Source of the DNA: Glycera tridactyla
Taxonomy: Eukaryota
Assembly (NCBI GenBank): GCA_965644265.1
Contig: OZ286459.1
Location: 101,866,001-101,930,000 of the forward strand
Direction: 5' to 3'
DNA length: 64,000 nt
A program made the translations under genes and the position numbers. Shown piece after piece: positions 12,321 through 24,192 of the stretch. The notes under the pieces are model-generated. The model searched no databases and was not told the DNA's origin. It was given only the letters and a program-made list of their open reading frames with translations. Numbering within the stretch: the first letter of the stretch is position 1; the number at the start of each line of letters is the position of its first letter.

Positions 12321-15300
12321 CGGGCCGAAAATGAATCTATCAGTCAAATTGCTGAACAAACACTTTCTCATCAATTTGGTAATCCTCCTTGCACTGTTCG
12401 TTGCTCCATTTGTCTTGGTGATGTAGGCGTCTATATCTGCTCACGATTCCGAGGTGTTGGGATCCCCTGCGTGTAACTCAATGGCATTGATTGCACTATC
12501 ATTAGAAAGCGTGTGAAAAAGCTCAAGTCATTCCCCTGTCCAATTAGCGACTCCCTGCGTCTCTCTCTCTACGTTTATCACCATGAGCGACTTCAAAGTT
12601 ATGTCACCGATTCTATCTTGCTGAACGTGCGCATGTGGACAATCTGGTTGGGCTCTGGATGTGCGGTAGATGTGTCTCAAAATGACCCCAGACACGTCCC
12701 TCGATATGATGAGTTGTTCATCATTGGTGACTGGTGGTCTCACTTGAATGCGTCACCACAATCAATAAGTAAGATCATTGAACAGTGGGATTGTTGTATT
12801 TAGGCAGGCAGAACGTACTTGACTAAATCTACTCGTCATTTCACCTGACCCAATGATGAAAACGTATGTGTCTGTGAACCGTTGTGGAGAAAGCAGACTG
12901 TTCATTTGTTTTTGTATGATGTCAATACAGCAAAACTGTCAGGTCGGGTTCTGATGTTTGCAGTGCTCTTTCAAATCCATGTCAGATTTACTGCGTCCTG
13001 CTACAAATGTGTACCCAATGTATCCTTACACCTTTTTCGTGGTCCATCACTCATCCACAACTGACTGCAGCAGGTGCAACCTTCCCACATTCGAAAAATG
13101 CGGGATCGCAAAACACTCATCTCACGCGGCAACTCCAGGATTCAACTCGTATATTTTCTTTAGTGAGTGGAGAATAGTCAAATCTCACAGTATCCGACCA
13201 GAAGGATAAAGGACTGTAGAACAGTTTGAAGATTACTGAGTGGACTATTGCATTAGTGTACGGATTGTTATATTCGTTGACTTGAAAAGCAGATGAGGGG
13301 ATGCTGCTCATAGCAACATACATGGAAACGGAGAGTGCCTAATTTACCATTGAGCACTCTTACTGACATTACCAACGTATTCGATGCACACCACAGTCCG
13401 TTAAAACTTCGAATTCTCCCGCCTTTTGAAACAAAACAGGACTGTTCATTCAGTAGGAAATGATATTCGGGTATATTGGATAATCCTGTCCGTTCATATC
13501 ATATCATCGGTTCAAACCTCCAACACGCTGATTGTTCTGATTCACTGTCTACACTGATTGTCTTCATACATGTTGGAGGATGGTGTGGAGTGATTGTCCG
13601 ATCTCCTTCGATGATGTGCCCCACCAGCCTCGCACATGTATTCCACACCTACTTCAGACCCATTACAACAAAGGTCAAAGGTCAGAGTGTTAAAGTGACA
13701 TGTCTATCTCATGCCAGGGTCAACAGACTGTTAGGCATATATTACCGGAATATAGAGGCTTTCAGCACCAACTGTCTCAATACTATGGTTCGTGAAATAT
13801 GAAGACATTGGCAAAGAAACTGACACCGGAAATATCAGATATGCGTAGGAAAGTTGGCGGTCTTGAAGAATGTAAATGTCTCGCCGATGTTGCCACGGCA
13901 ACTTCCTGGTGTTCGTCTTCTCATTTCAGTGGATAGCATTCTTACACTAAAGCATGTCGACTAGACAATGTGGTTGACAACAGATCCATCCCTTTAGTCT
14001 TATGTGATATTTCCTAGGTTGTGCGGACGCAGGGATTACTCAATCAATCAATCAGGTTCCAGACTGGGGTGAATAGGGAGAGTGGATGTTGTGTAATGGC
14101 ATGTGATGGTGATTGATGAGACTGGGCTTGAGATGAGAGATAGACTCGTGGGAAGAGATGTGATGAACAAACATCTTTATAGCGATTAGAACCCGATGCC
14201 CTCCCAACTACGCTGCCAATCATCATATGAGAATGATTTTTGTTACCTCTAGGCTAATCTTTCTCGAGTGTTGCGTCAGCAAATCCAATTCTCTCATGCT
14301 TGCCTCCTTGCAGATTGTACGAGCCGCTTGCTGACATTGAGATTGAAAAATTACGAACAATTACGTCATTCAACACTTGTTGAGATTACCTCAACATTTA
14401 TAGGGTGTGCCCTAGAATCTCTCGAATTAGACATTTTCAGGGGCGATGGTTGAAGGACTGATTCATGGATTCATGGATTCATGGATAGCAGAGCATTCCG
14501 CCGGTTTACTGCATAAAGATACAACTACTATAAATTGCATATGATCGATCAGGGTACTCTAGTCATGAGATCGAAACTTTGAAATATGCATGAGCCTTCC
14601 ACCCCCGTGGCTTAGTGATTATGTGATTGCCTGTCTAGGATTTGATGACAGATTAGTGGTCATGCTGTCATGCCCCATCTCGGCCATCGGCATCGATTGA
14701 CCAAAGACGAGCCATAGGTATTATATCCCTTCACAGCGTACATATCTATACATGCACGGGGATGCTGGGAAGGTGTGACAATGATTCTGACATAGAGGGC
14801 CACGTCCTTCCATCATATTACCCCCCATTCTGAAAAGGCTATACCGGCATCAATATAGTGTCGCCAGAACATTCAGGCCATGGTGGTGTCACTTCACCTG
14901 AAACAACATAATGCCAGTCAAACGAATTGAAATAATCAGCCAAGATGACAAAATTGTTTGGGAATTGTCAGTAATCCAAAAGCCCATATAAAGCAAAAAT
15001 TAGTAATTCTGTGCAGCGTTGTCTGATATCCTATGGAATGAACTGGCATGATATTATATGGTCACAGAGCCCAGCACTGCACTACACAGTGCCAAACTCC
15101 ACTATATCAACAGTCAGCTATCACGGGTCATTCATCCCAGCCTTGTATAGTAGCAATGACTGCATTACTGCTCTGCTTCTGCATGGCTGTGCCTCATCCA
15201 ACCATGTGGTATATGTGCTAGAAATAATTCAATCTGATCTCTGTGTGCCACATGCACGATATGACCTTTCTCCAGCTATATGTCCTATAAATGAACTACA

Positions 15301-15669
15301 TTGCCAATTTGGAACATTTCTTTTTTTTTCATCTTCGTAGCACAGATTGATCTGGCAGAGACATCATCCTTTATGCGACTTAAATATCGTGTGGAAGTGA
15401 ATTATATCAGTGTCTGGGTATTGCGCTTGCGTATTCCGATCACGTGTGAGGTAGTCGGAACATTTGACACACCGGAGACGAATAATAGGTCCCCGGTGTC
15501 CCCACATATTCAGAGATGCTGACCGAGTTTAGAGCACTAGGCTGTTGATAGGAAAGCGAGTGCCTTGTGATATTTATGTGTATCCATGGCGGCCAGATTA
15601 TATGAGTTCATAACAGCTCTTCCGGCAGAACAGGGGATTGTAATGGCTTGTCTGTTCTCTAGTTTTCAT

Positions 15670-15806
15670 CCGCCTTCTGTTAGGAACCCAGAAGTAGGAG
15701 TCTTGAATGATCCCTCCCATGCCATTGCATGAGCGTCACGATATAGCACGGACGGAGCTGACGTGACGTTGAACCCCCAACAAAACAAACAAAAACAAAA
15801 CAAAAG
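15670..15806 (+). mobile_element. SINE family A, 3' half
   Basis: GAACCCAGAAGTAGGAGTCTTG..GATCCCTCCCATGCCATTGCATGAGCGTCACGATATAGCAC..GCTGACGTGACGTTGAACCCC followed by a (CAAAA)n tail. Aligns to the 36.2-kb copy. Confidence 0.75.
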
Positions 15807-16650
15807 CTCTTATAACAGAGGCGGTGTCAAGAATCAGGAAAACGACAGGATGTACATTACCATAACTGATGCAGGGCTAACGAGGCAAGGAAGAGTATCA
15901 AAGCTGAAGGATAATTGTCACAGCTATCCGCAAATGTTTTCCATGTTCAGGATATAATGAATGAATGAATGAATGCTGCTGCTGCTGCTGATGATGATGA
16001 TGGTGATGATGTCCCATTGATCGATAGCTCGATAGATAGCTATTTCGATTGATAGCAGGAGTAGGGTATTGACATCTTGGTGTGTTACATTCATCGCCAT
16101 GGGGGCAGGCGCAAGGATATGAATTTGATGGAGAGAGGAGACGAATGATTAGCCTGGAGTCTGCGTCTGAGATCGCACTCGCATCAATTCTGACCACCAT
16201 GCGAAACAAGCCACCTTCTACTGGTGAAAAAAGGTCCGACTGTCTCACGTGAACAACATTCATCGGTGGTGACTCCGCGGTGAGCGCTGAGCGACCCGTA
16301 ACCACGACGACGCCATACAAAGCGAGCTCCGCAGGTCGTTACTTGGAGTATAAAGGCTTATTCAATACCTGATGGATAATGCATGACTGAACAAAGAAGG
16401 AGACGCGCCAGGCATGAAAGAGGTTATCAGTTACGGAATAACAACAATGAGTATATTTGTGATGTGTCACAGCATGTAGCAAGTATAAAGCCGAGACAAA
16501 TATCAATATGTTATATTTGGAACAACGAATCGAAGTCTCCGATATCAGGATTCTGAGCGAAATAAGAATTATTCAGTCGAAGCCGTACATTTACTGAAAT
16601 TAGTTCGCCTTACAGGTACAAATGCCCCAGGAGACAGGTAATCTTTCATT

Positions 16651-19080
16651 GGTGACATCGGAGGATAGTTAGTGACAAGGAGGATTGCTGGCGACAAGGA
16701 GGATGGCTGGTGGCATTGGAGGATGGCTGGCGACAAGGAGGATGGCTGGTGACAAGAGGATGGCTGGTGGTATTGGAGGATGGCTGGCGACAAGGAGGAT
16801 GGCTGGTGACAAGAGGATGGCTGGTGGCAAGAGGATGGCTGGTGACAAGAGGATGGCTGGTGGCATTGGAGGATGGCTGGCGACAAGGAGGATGGCTGGC
16901 GACAAGGATGATGGCTGGTGGCATTGGATGATGGCTGGCGACAAGGAGGATGGCTGGTGGCATTGGAGGATGGCTGGCGACAAGGAGGATGGCTGGTGGC
17001 ATTGGAGGATGGCTGGTGACATCGGGGGATGACTGGTGGCATTGGAGGGTGGCCGATGACATCAGAGGGTGACTGGTGACATTAAAAGATGACTGGTGAA
17101 ATTGGAGGATGGCTGTTGACATCGGAGGATGACTGGTGACATCAGAGGATGACTGGTGACATCAGAGGATGACTGGTGACATTTGAGGGTGGCCGGTGAC
17201 ATTGGAAGATGACTGGTGACATTGGAGGATGGCTGGTGAAATTAGGGGATGGCTGTTGACATCGGAGGATGACAGGTGACATCAGAGGATGACTGGTGAC
17301 ATCAGAGGATGACTGGTGACATTGGAGGGTGGCCGGTGACATTGGAAGATGACTGGTGACATTGGAGGATGGCTGGTGAAATTGGGGGATGACTGGTGAC
17401 ATCGAAGGATGGCTGGTGACATTGGAGGGTGGCCGGTGACATTGGAAGATGACTGGTGACATTGGAGGATGGCTGGAGAAATTGGAGGATGGCTGGTGAC
17501 ATCGAAGGATGACTGGTGATATCAAAGGATGACTGGTGACATCAGAGGATGGCTGGTGACATTGGAGGATGACTGGTGACATTGGAGGATAGCTGGCGAC
17601 GAGGAGGATGACTGGTGACATCAGAGGATGACTGGTGACATCAGAGGATGACTGGTGACATCAGAGGATGACTGGTGACATTGGAGGGTGGCCGGTGACA
17701 TTGGAAGATGACTGGTGACATTGGAGGATGGCTGGCGACAAGGAGGATGGCTGTTGACATCGGAGGATGACTGGTGACATCAGAGGATGACTGGTGACAT
17801 CAGAGGATGACTGGTGACATTGGAGGGTGGCCGGTGACATTGGAAGATGACTGGTGACATTGGAGGATGGCTGGTGAAATTGAGGGATGGCCGGTGACAT
17901 CGAAGGATGACTGGTGACATTGGAGGGTTGCCGGTGACATTGGAAGATGACTGGTGACATTGGAGGATGGCTGAAGAAATTGGAGGATGGCTGGTGACAT
18001 CGAAGGATGACTGGTGATATCAAAGGATGGCTGGTGACATCAGAGGATGGCTGGTGACATCGAAGGATGACTGGTGACATTGGAGGGTGGCCGGTGACAT
18101 TGGAAGATGACTGGTGACATTGAAGGATGGCTGGAGAAATTGGAGGATGGCTGGTGACATCGAAGGATGACTGGTGATATCAAAGGATGACTGGTGACAT
18201 CAGAGGATGACTGGTGACATCAGAGGATGACTGGTAACATTGGAGGATGGCCGGTGACATTGGAAGATGACTGGTGACATTGGAGGATGGCTGGTGAGAT
18301 TGGGGGATGGCTGGTGACATCGAAGGATGACTGGTGACATTGGAGGGTGGCCGGTGACATTGGAAGATGACTGGTGACATTGGAGGATGGCTGGTGACAT
18401 CGAAGGATGACTGGTGATATCAAAGGATGACTGGTGACATCAGAGGATGACTGGTGACATTGGAGGATTGCTGGTGACATTGGAGGATGGCTGGTGACAT
18501 TGGAGGATGGCTGGCGACAAGGAGGATGACTGGTGACATTGGAGGGTGGCCGGTGACATTGGAAGATGACTTGTGACATTGGAGGATGGCTGGTGACATC
18601 GAAGGATGACTGGTGATATCAAAGGATGACTGGTGACATCAGATGATGACTGGTGACATTGGAGGATTGCTGGTGACATTGGAGGATGGCTGGTGACATT
18701 GGAGGATGGCTGGTGACATTGGAGGCTTGCTCGGGACATTGAAGAGTCGCTGCCGACATTGGTGGAGTGGCCGATATTATAGAAAGTCTGGTTACATCGA
18801 AGAAATGAATGGTGACATTGGATGATTGGCTCTTGATATCGAAGGAATAGTAACTGACTCATAGAGAAAGGCTGATGCCACTGACAGAATGGCTGATGAC
18901 ATTGGGAGAATGATTAGTGGTATTGAATTAATGGCTATTGACATTGGAGGAATGAAAGGGGATATTGAAGAAATGGGGGATGAGTTGTGAAATAGAGGAG
19001 TGACTGGTAACATTGGAGGAATAGCTATTGACATTAGAGGAATGGTTGGTAATATGAAGGGTTAACCGGTGACATTGGTG
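16651..19080 (+). repeat. ~2.4-kb minisatellite, 20-bp unit GGTGACATTGGAGGATGGCT (with 19-bp variants), ~120 units
   Basis: Direct inspection. 20-bp periodicity with recurring variant units and a degenerate right end from ~18720. Confidence 0.97.
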
Positions 19081-20947
19081 AGATGGGTATGGACTTAATG
19101 ACGGATACCTGTTCTGTTCATCCCCACTATGCTTAATTGGATTTCATGCACTTCTCACCTTTTTCGACTGCGAGTCTATTTCCCGTAAACTATCTTGTAT
19201 CGATAGGAAGTCGCATTGTCTCACATCCTACTGCATGTTCTTGGGAGGTGGAGGAAGCTTAACAAAATCAGGTTGACCAGCCAGACCGCAGCTATGCCAG
19301 CAAACATCACACAATCGTGACGGACATTGACCTAAGTTCCCCAATCGCTCATTTAGCCGGGCTGCTGCCTTGTTATTTTCCTGAATATTCCGCTTGGGAA
19401 AACAACTAACAAGCAGAGTCGTGGGCAGCGTCAACCGGCGATGGGGCAGGAGCATATTGTAGCTTCACTACCGGAGTACACGAGTTGTTTCCGCTATCAG
19501 GATGGTATCAGAGAGTCGAAATAATTGATGCAGGCACCCTACGCTCATGGAAGTAAACATGATTAGTTTTCTGCATAGCATGTTGTTGTTGTTGACTGCT
19601 CATGCTATCAGAGTCGGGACATGCCAGCCTGATTGACTGACTGACTGATCAATCGAGTGGCCTCCCCACAGACGGAATAATCAAATGACCCTTGCATCAT
19701 TCGAATCAGATGTTGGTTGATTGAGTTGATTTGAAGATAGATTGATGAATTTACTGATCAATTCGACTCGGTATGAGTAACATCATGCGATCCAGTCCTG
19801 TTGAATCGGTACCGATTCACAGAGAATTCTTACATTGACAAACTCGATTTCGTCGTCCTTATAGTCTGATGAGTGAGGTTTTCTTATTAGGGTGATTCAT
19901 AGAACACATATGTATTACTTTTTGTTGATAGTGATCCAAATAGTTGGGAATGTGGCTGGTCAGCGTGTCCAGCGTGACAAGGCTGGCAATCAGTTGAAGT
20001 GATACCTGAATTATCGGTGATGAATACAGTACCGACTGGTCCAGTCTCCAAAAGGTCGCATCCCTCCACCAGCCAGAACTCTACGGTAGGGAGCGACTCA
20101 ACCTTCAATATCCATTTCTGTTCTTTGATAATGAGATTGATGGTAATCATGATAANNNNNNNNNNNNNNNNNNNNNNNNNNNNNNNNNNNNNNNNNNNNN
20201 NNNNNNNNNNNNNNNNNNNNNNNNNNNNNNNNNNNNNNNNNNNNNNNNNNNNNNNNNNNNNNNNNNNNNNNNNNNNNNNNNNNNNNNNNNNNNNNNNNNN
20301 NNNNNNNNNNNNNNNNNNNNNNNNNNNNNNNNNNNNNNCTTTCGTAGCAGTGGAGGATGGTGACATGTAGTTTACTGGAGCCTGCATACTAACACATCAA
20401 AGCAGGAGGAGGGGGGGGGGGGGGGGGGGGGGCAGAGACATAGGCCCAATGTGTCATAAGCAGTGCACTTGACTTTCGACTGGAGAACCGGATATTTTCC
20501 CAGTTGCTAGGGTTTGGTGACATGTGAGGAGAGTGTGGAATAATATCATCATGAAACCAGGACAATTCTACGAAGCTAATGTGTCCGATTACATAGAATA
20601 TGCCATCTTATTCGCAAGAATGCCAACGGTACACTCCTATTCACCCGGTTTCTCTCGCAAAGCATCAGAGTAGTTGAGCATAAATGTTTTCTTTTAAAGA
20701 AGGTTTGCAAATTAGATTGATGATGCAGAGTAGTTGCCGACCAAGCAGTGTGGTCCCTAGTGGATAACACATCATGTATTTGAAGGAACCGACATTGGTC
20801 TAATTGCAAATTAGATCAGAGATTAGCGAAGCCTGGCTATATTGGATAGGCGTGCGATGAACCGATCACCTTGTGGGGTATTATTCATGGTCATACACTG
20901 GGCTCTCAAGGCAGGGCCCTCCTTTTTTGACGTGAGTTGTACAATCG

Positions 20948-21000
20948 TGAGAGACGGAGAGAGACAGTGAGAGAGAGAACGTAAGAGAGAGAGAGAGAAC

Positions 21001-21077
<77 letters not shown>
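20948..21077. repeat. (GA)n microsatellite with a duplicated GAACGTAA interruption
   Basis: Direct inspection. Confidence 0.95.
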
Positions 21078-21078
<1 letters not shown>

Positions 21079-22590
21079 ATATGCTTGTTTACGTGATGTG
21101 ACATCACCCACCTCAAAGATGCCTACCTAGTCCAAGGCCTGGCACGCATGCATGCAATCAGTGGTTCAGGCCGCCCTGTCGGATTAGGTCAGGCGGTCTC
21201 CATGACTGTTACAACTACAGGAGTCACGTGACACTGAACTTGACCCATTGGTAGCGCCGAACTTGATTGATGGATGTATGTCACAGAGTCGGCCTGGAGA
21301 GAGTCATAGGTCAAAAGCATATGTCAATACATTCCTGTTGATGACCGCTGTAGAAAACACATCGTTCACAAAAGAGGTCTGATTCTGTCTGATATATGAT
21401 GACTATCAAAACTGAAATGGTGACTTGAAACTTGTGAAATTTGCACGTCATTTTGTGATCTGAGAGACTTGAGTTTCCGTCACTGAAGGTGTGCTTAAAA
21501 CTCAATACACCATCTGAACCATCTGAAGCATGCGATGATATTTCTCACAAATAAGATATATACATTATCATAGCGATTTGAAACGAGCTCAATATCACTC
21601 ATTTTTTCAAGAAAGGAATAGAACGCCATGGGATCTAGCTTCTGTGACCTAGATCTTTTCACCTGCTAGGAGTAAGCTCAGTACCATTTCCATGACTCCA
21701 TTCTACATCCCATTCACGAAATGCACAGGACTAAAACATTCTCCGGATCCCCACAGCTTGCTGTCCATATATAAAAAGTATTCCCCTTTCTCTCCTTTAC
21801 ATTATTTAGGTATGAGAGGATTGCGAACAAATTGGGTGTTATATATAGTTGAGATGAATGTGTGGAAATGAATGTGTGACTGCGTATGTGGATGTCCATT
21901 TTTTTAGGATATGAATGATGTATGAATGTGTATAAATGGGTATACCTGTATGGAATACGATTGCGAGCATGGATGCATTGTTTAATGCACACAATCCATT
22001 TGCTTAATAATTTCTTCTCTTCAATACTCGTCTATGATGGAGAATGCCTATTTAGGCTGGATGCATATTTGTGAATACTATGTTTTCACTACGAGTTTGA
22101 ATAATGATTGTTGTATTGTATCATATTCTACCGGTAGTAGTTTGAGATTGATCTGGATATACAGGATTTCCATTTCTGCTCCACTCTGTCTCATACGAGT
22201 CATCATAGTTTGATCGTTCTTTGTCATAGACTTTCGGTACCACAAACGATGGATCACGGGTACTCATGGATTTTGAATATATGAAGATGATCATATTTAT
22301 TTGAAACTGTACATTACTTATTCTGCCAATAGTAGTTCGGGGTTGATCTTGGTATACAGAATATCATCTAACCATAAGTTATACATATCATCGGCTGTTT
22401 CAATAGAATTCAGATCAGTTGGTTTTACAATCGTTTTGCCGTGTCTGTCCAACTCTATCTCATGTCATTTGCCTGATAGTGATCATCAAGTGGACGAGTC
22501 ATCCAATGTGATTGCTCTACATCATAGTATTTCTCTATCACAAGATGGACGTAGCACAATCTCTACATTAGTACATTCTTCTGGTTGCAG

Positions 22591-22635
22591 ACTTATTGAG
22601 AAGAGGCTGCTTAGATCGAGATCGAGAGTGGAACG
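22591..22635 (+). other. Candidate 45-nt exon (possible 5'UTR exon)
   Basis: Acceptor cattcttctggttgcAG (ends 22590) and consensus donor CG|GTAAGT (22636). The exon has no ATG. Confidence 0.4.
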
Positions 22636-23124
22636 GTAAGTAGACGAACTGTTTCAGCTGACACATCAGTATTGGGGCGCCTTTCACTAAAGAACACATT
22701 TCACTGAAGAAGCTCCAGTGGTACTCTTAATCTCCTCAGTATTCCCAGTCCACCTACAAACTTTTGAAAAAATGTGCTTGGAATTCAGTCACTATCCGCC
22801 AAGGTTCACGACCGCTACTCAGAACTTGTTGCAGACAATGCAGCAAATGCTCAGAAATGGGAGTGCAAGAAACCAACCATATTCAAGATAATGGGAATCA
22901 TCTTGATAATTGCATGCCAACCTCCTTTTGATACAGACGAGGTGACATACAACGTGCCAAAATTGTTCATACATTCACCAAAAACGAAAAAAGAAACATG
23001 TAACAGGTGTTGTCCTGGCAAAGTACCATTCAATTAAGACTGCAGATTGGTATCAGCATCAGCTCTATTCTGATACTTCAGGGATTTTGTTTTATCAGTC
23101 GGCTGTGACGTTAGATCGAAATTT

Positions 23125-23495
23125 AGGTGGGTAGGTATGTAGTTGGGTAGGCAGGTAAGTATGTAGAAAGGGACACTCGGGCAGGTAGATAGAAGGTCAT
23201 TTAGGTAGATAAGTTGGCAGGCAGTTGAGCAGCTGGATTGCTGGGTGAGCAGGAAGTCAAGAATGTAGGTGTACTGGCGGATAGGTAGACAGGATTCTTG
23301 TATTATGGTCAAATGATGGCAGTTGGTGGTAGGTACGTGTGTAGTTAGGCGGGTTAGAAGGTGGGTAGGTGGGATTGCAGGTGGGTGGGCAGGTAGGTGG
23401 GTAGGCATGTAGGTGAGTGGGCATGTAGGTGTTTAGACAGGTAGGTATGTAAGGAGGCAGGTATGTAAGAAGGTATCCAGGTCGTCTAGGTGAGC
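23125..23495 (+). repeat. (GGTA/GGCA)n low-complexity array
   Basis: Direct inspection. Confidence 0.85.
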
Positions 23496-24109
23496 TGCGG
23501 CAGAAGACAGCAGGCATGTTGTGAGAGTTATGTCGCCTGTCTACTGACATGGAAGCGCTGCCGACTAGCCGAGTGCTTCCACCACTTCTCCTCCATTCGT
23601 CAAATCAGACCTTCTCCAACTCTAGGACATTCACCGCGGCTCCTTCTCTTCTCACATCAAAATGAAGTAATAGCAGCGCCCACAAAAATCTCCTCAACCC
23701 ATTTTCGAGATATATCTGAACCGAAATTTCTCATCCACACTTGACAGATGCATTCATATCGCACGAAGAGTTGTTGTTTATCTTCACTATGGTATTATAG
23801 ATACGATTTAATCCGGAGTAGGTGTAAGATCAGGAAACTGAGCCTCCCTCCAGGCTGTGGCAGTGCTCAGTCCAGAATAGAATGTTAATCACCAAGCCGA
23901 CACCATCAAAGTGGCTGATTTGATGCAATATTCCAAGGTCTCTTCTTTGTCGCATTGTTACGCCATGTTGTGTGAAGCTCAGACTCGAGGTTGTGACCTA
24001 GAATGGCGAGTAAGACCATTTAGTGCTGGGAGCAATTAATTCCAATTACTCCAACTACAGCTGAACAAGACTCTTCACAACGATGAGCAGGGCTGCCGAC
24101 TTCCAGCAC

Positions 24110-24192
24110 GTATAGACCAGGAACACATAGCATACAATTGTGTGATGATACATGTCATTGAACTCCAACCATTCAACAAACCAACCAACACA
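24110..24192 (+). repeat. Short interspersed repeat family C, 3' end (second copy 9582-9660, -)
   Basis: Both end TGATGAT(A/G)C(A/G)TG..AACTCCAACC with an (AACC)n tail. Confidence 0.4.

Noticed and set aside
12513-12803. 96-aa ORF with ILLNV..ELFIIGDWWSH resembling an APE endonuclease motif (NVYxP / GDFNxH)
   Set aside because: The spacing is plausible but key residues are absent. It is too weak to call without a profile search.
16569-18862. Many long Pro/Ser/His-rich ORFs
   Set aside because: They are translations of the 20/19-bp minisatellite. The period is not a multiple of 3 (except the 39-bp dimer), and there are no splice signals or domain structure.
16651-19080. CRISPR-like array (also 53890-55150)
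   Set aside because: These are contiguous tandem units with no unique spacers, in a eukaryotic context with no cas genes.
19887-20155. - strand ORF containing DCQPCHAG (TNFR/EGF-like)
   Set aside because: An isolated two-Cys motif with no further Cys pattern and no convincing splice sites.
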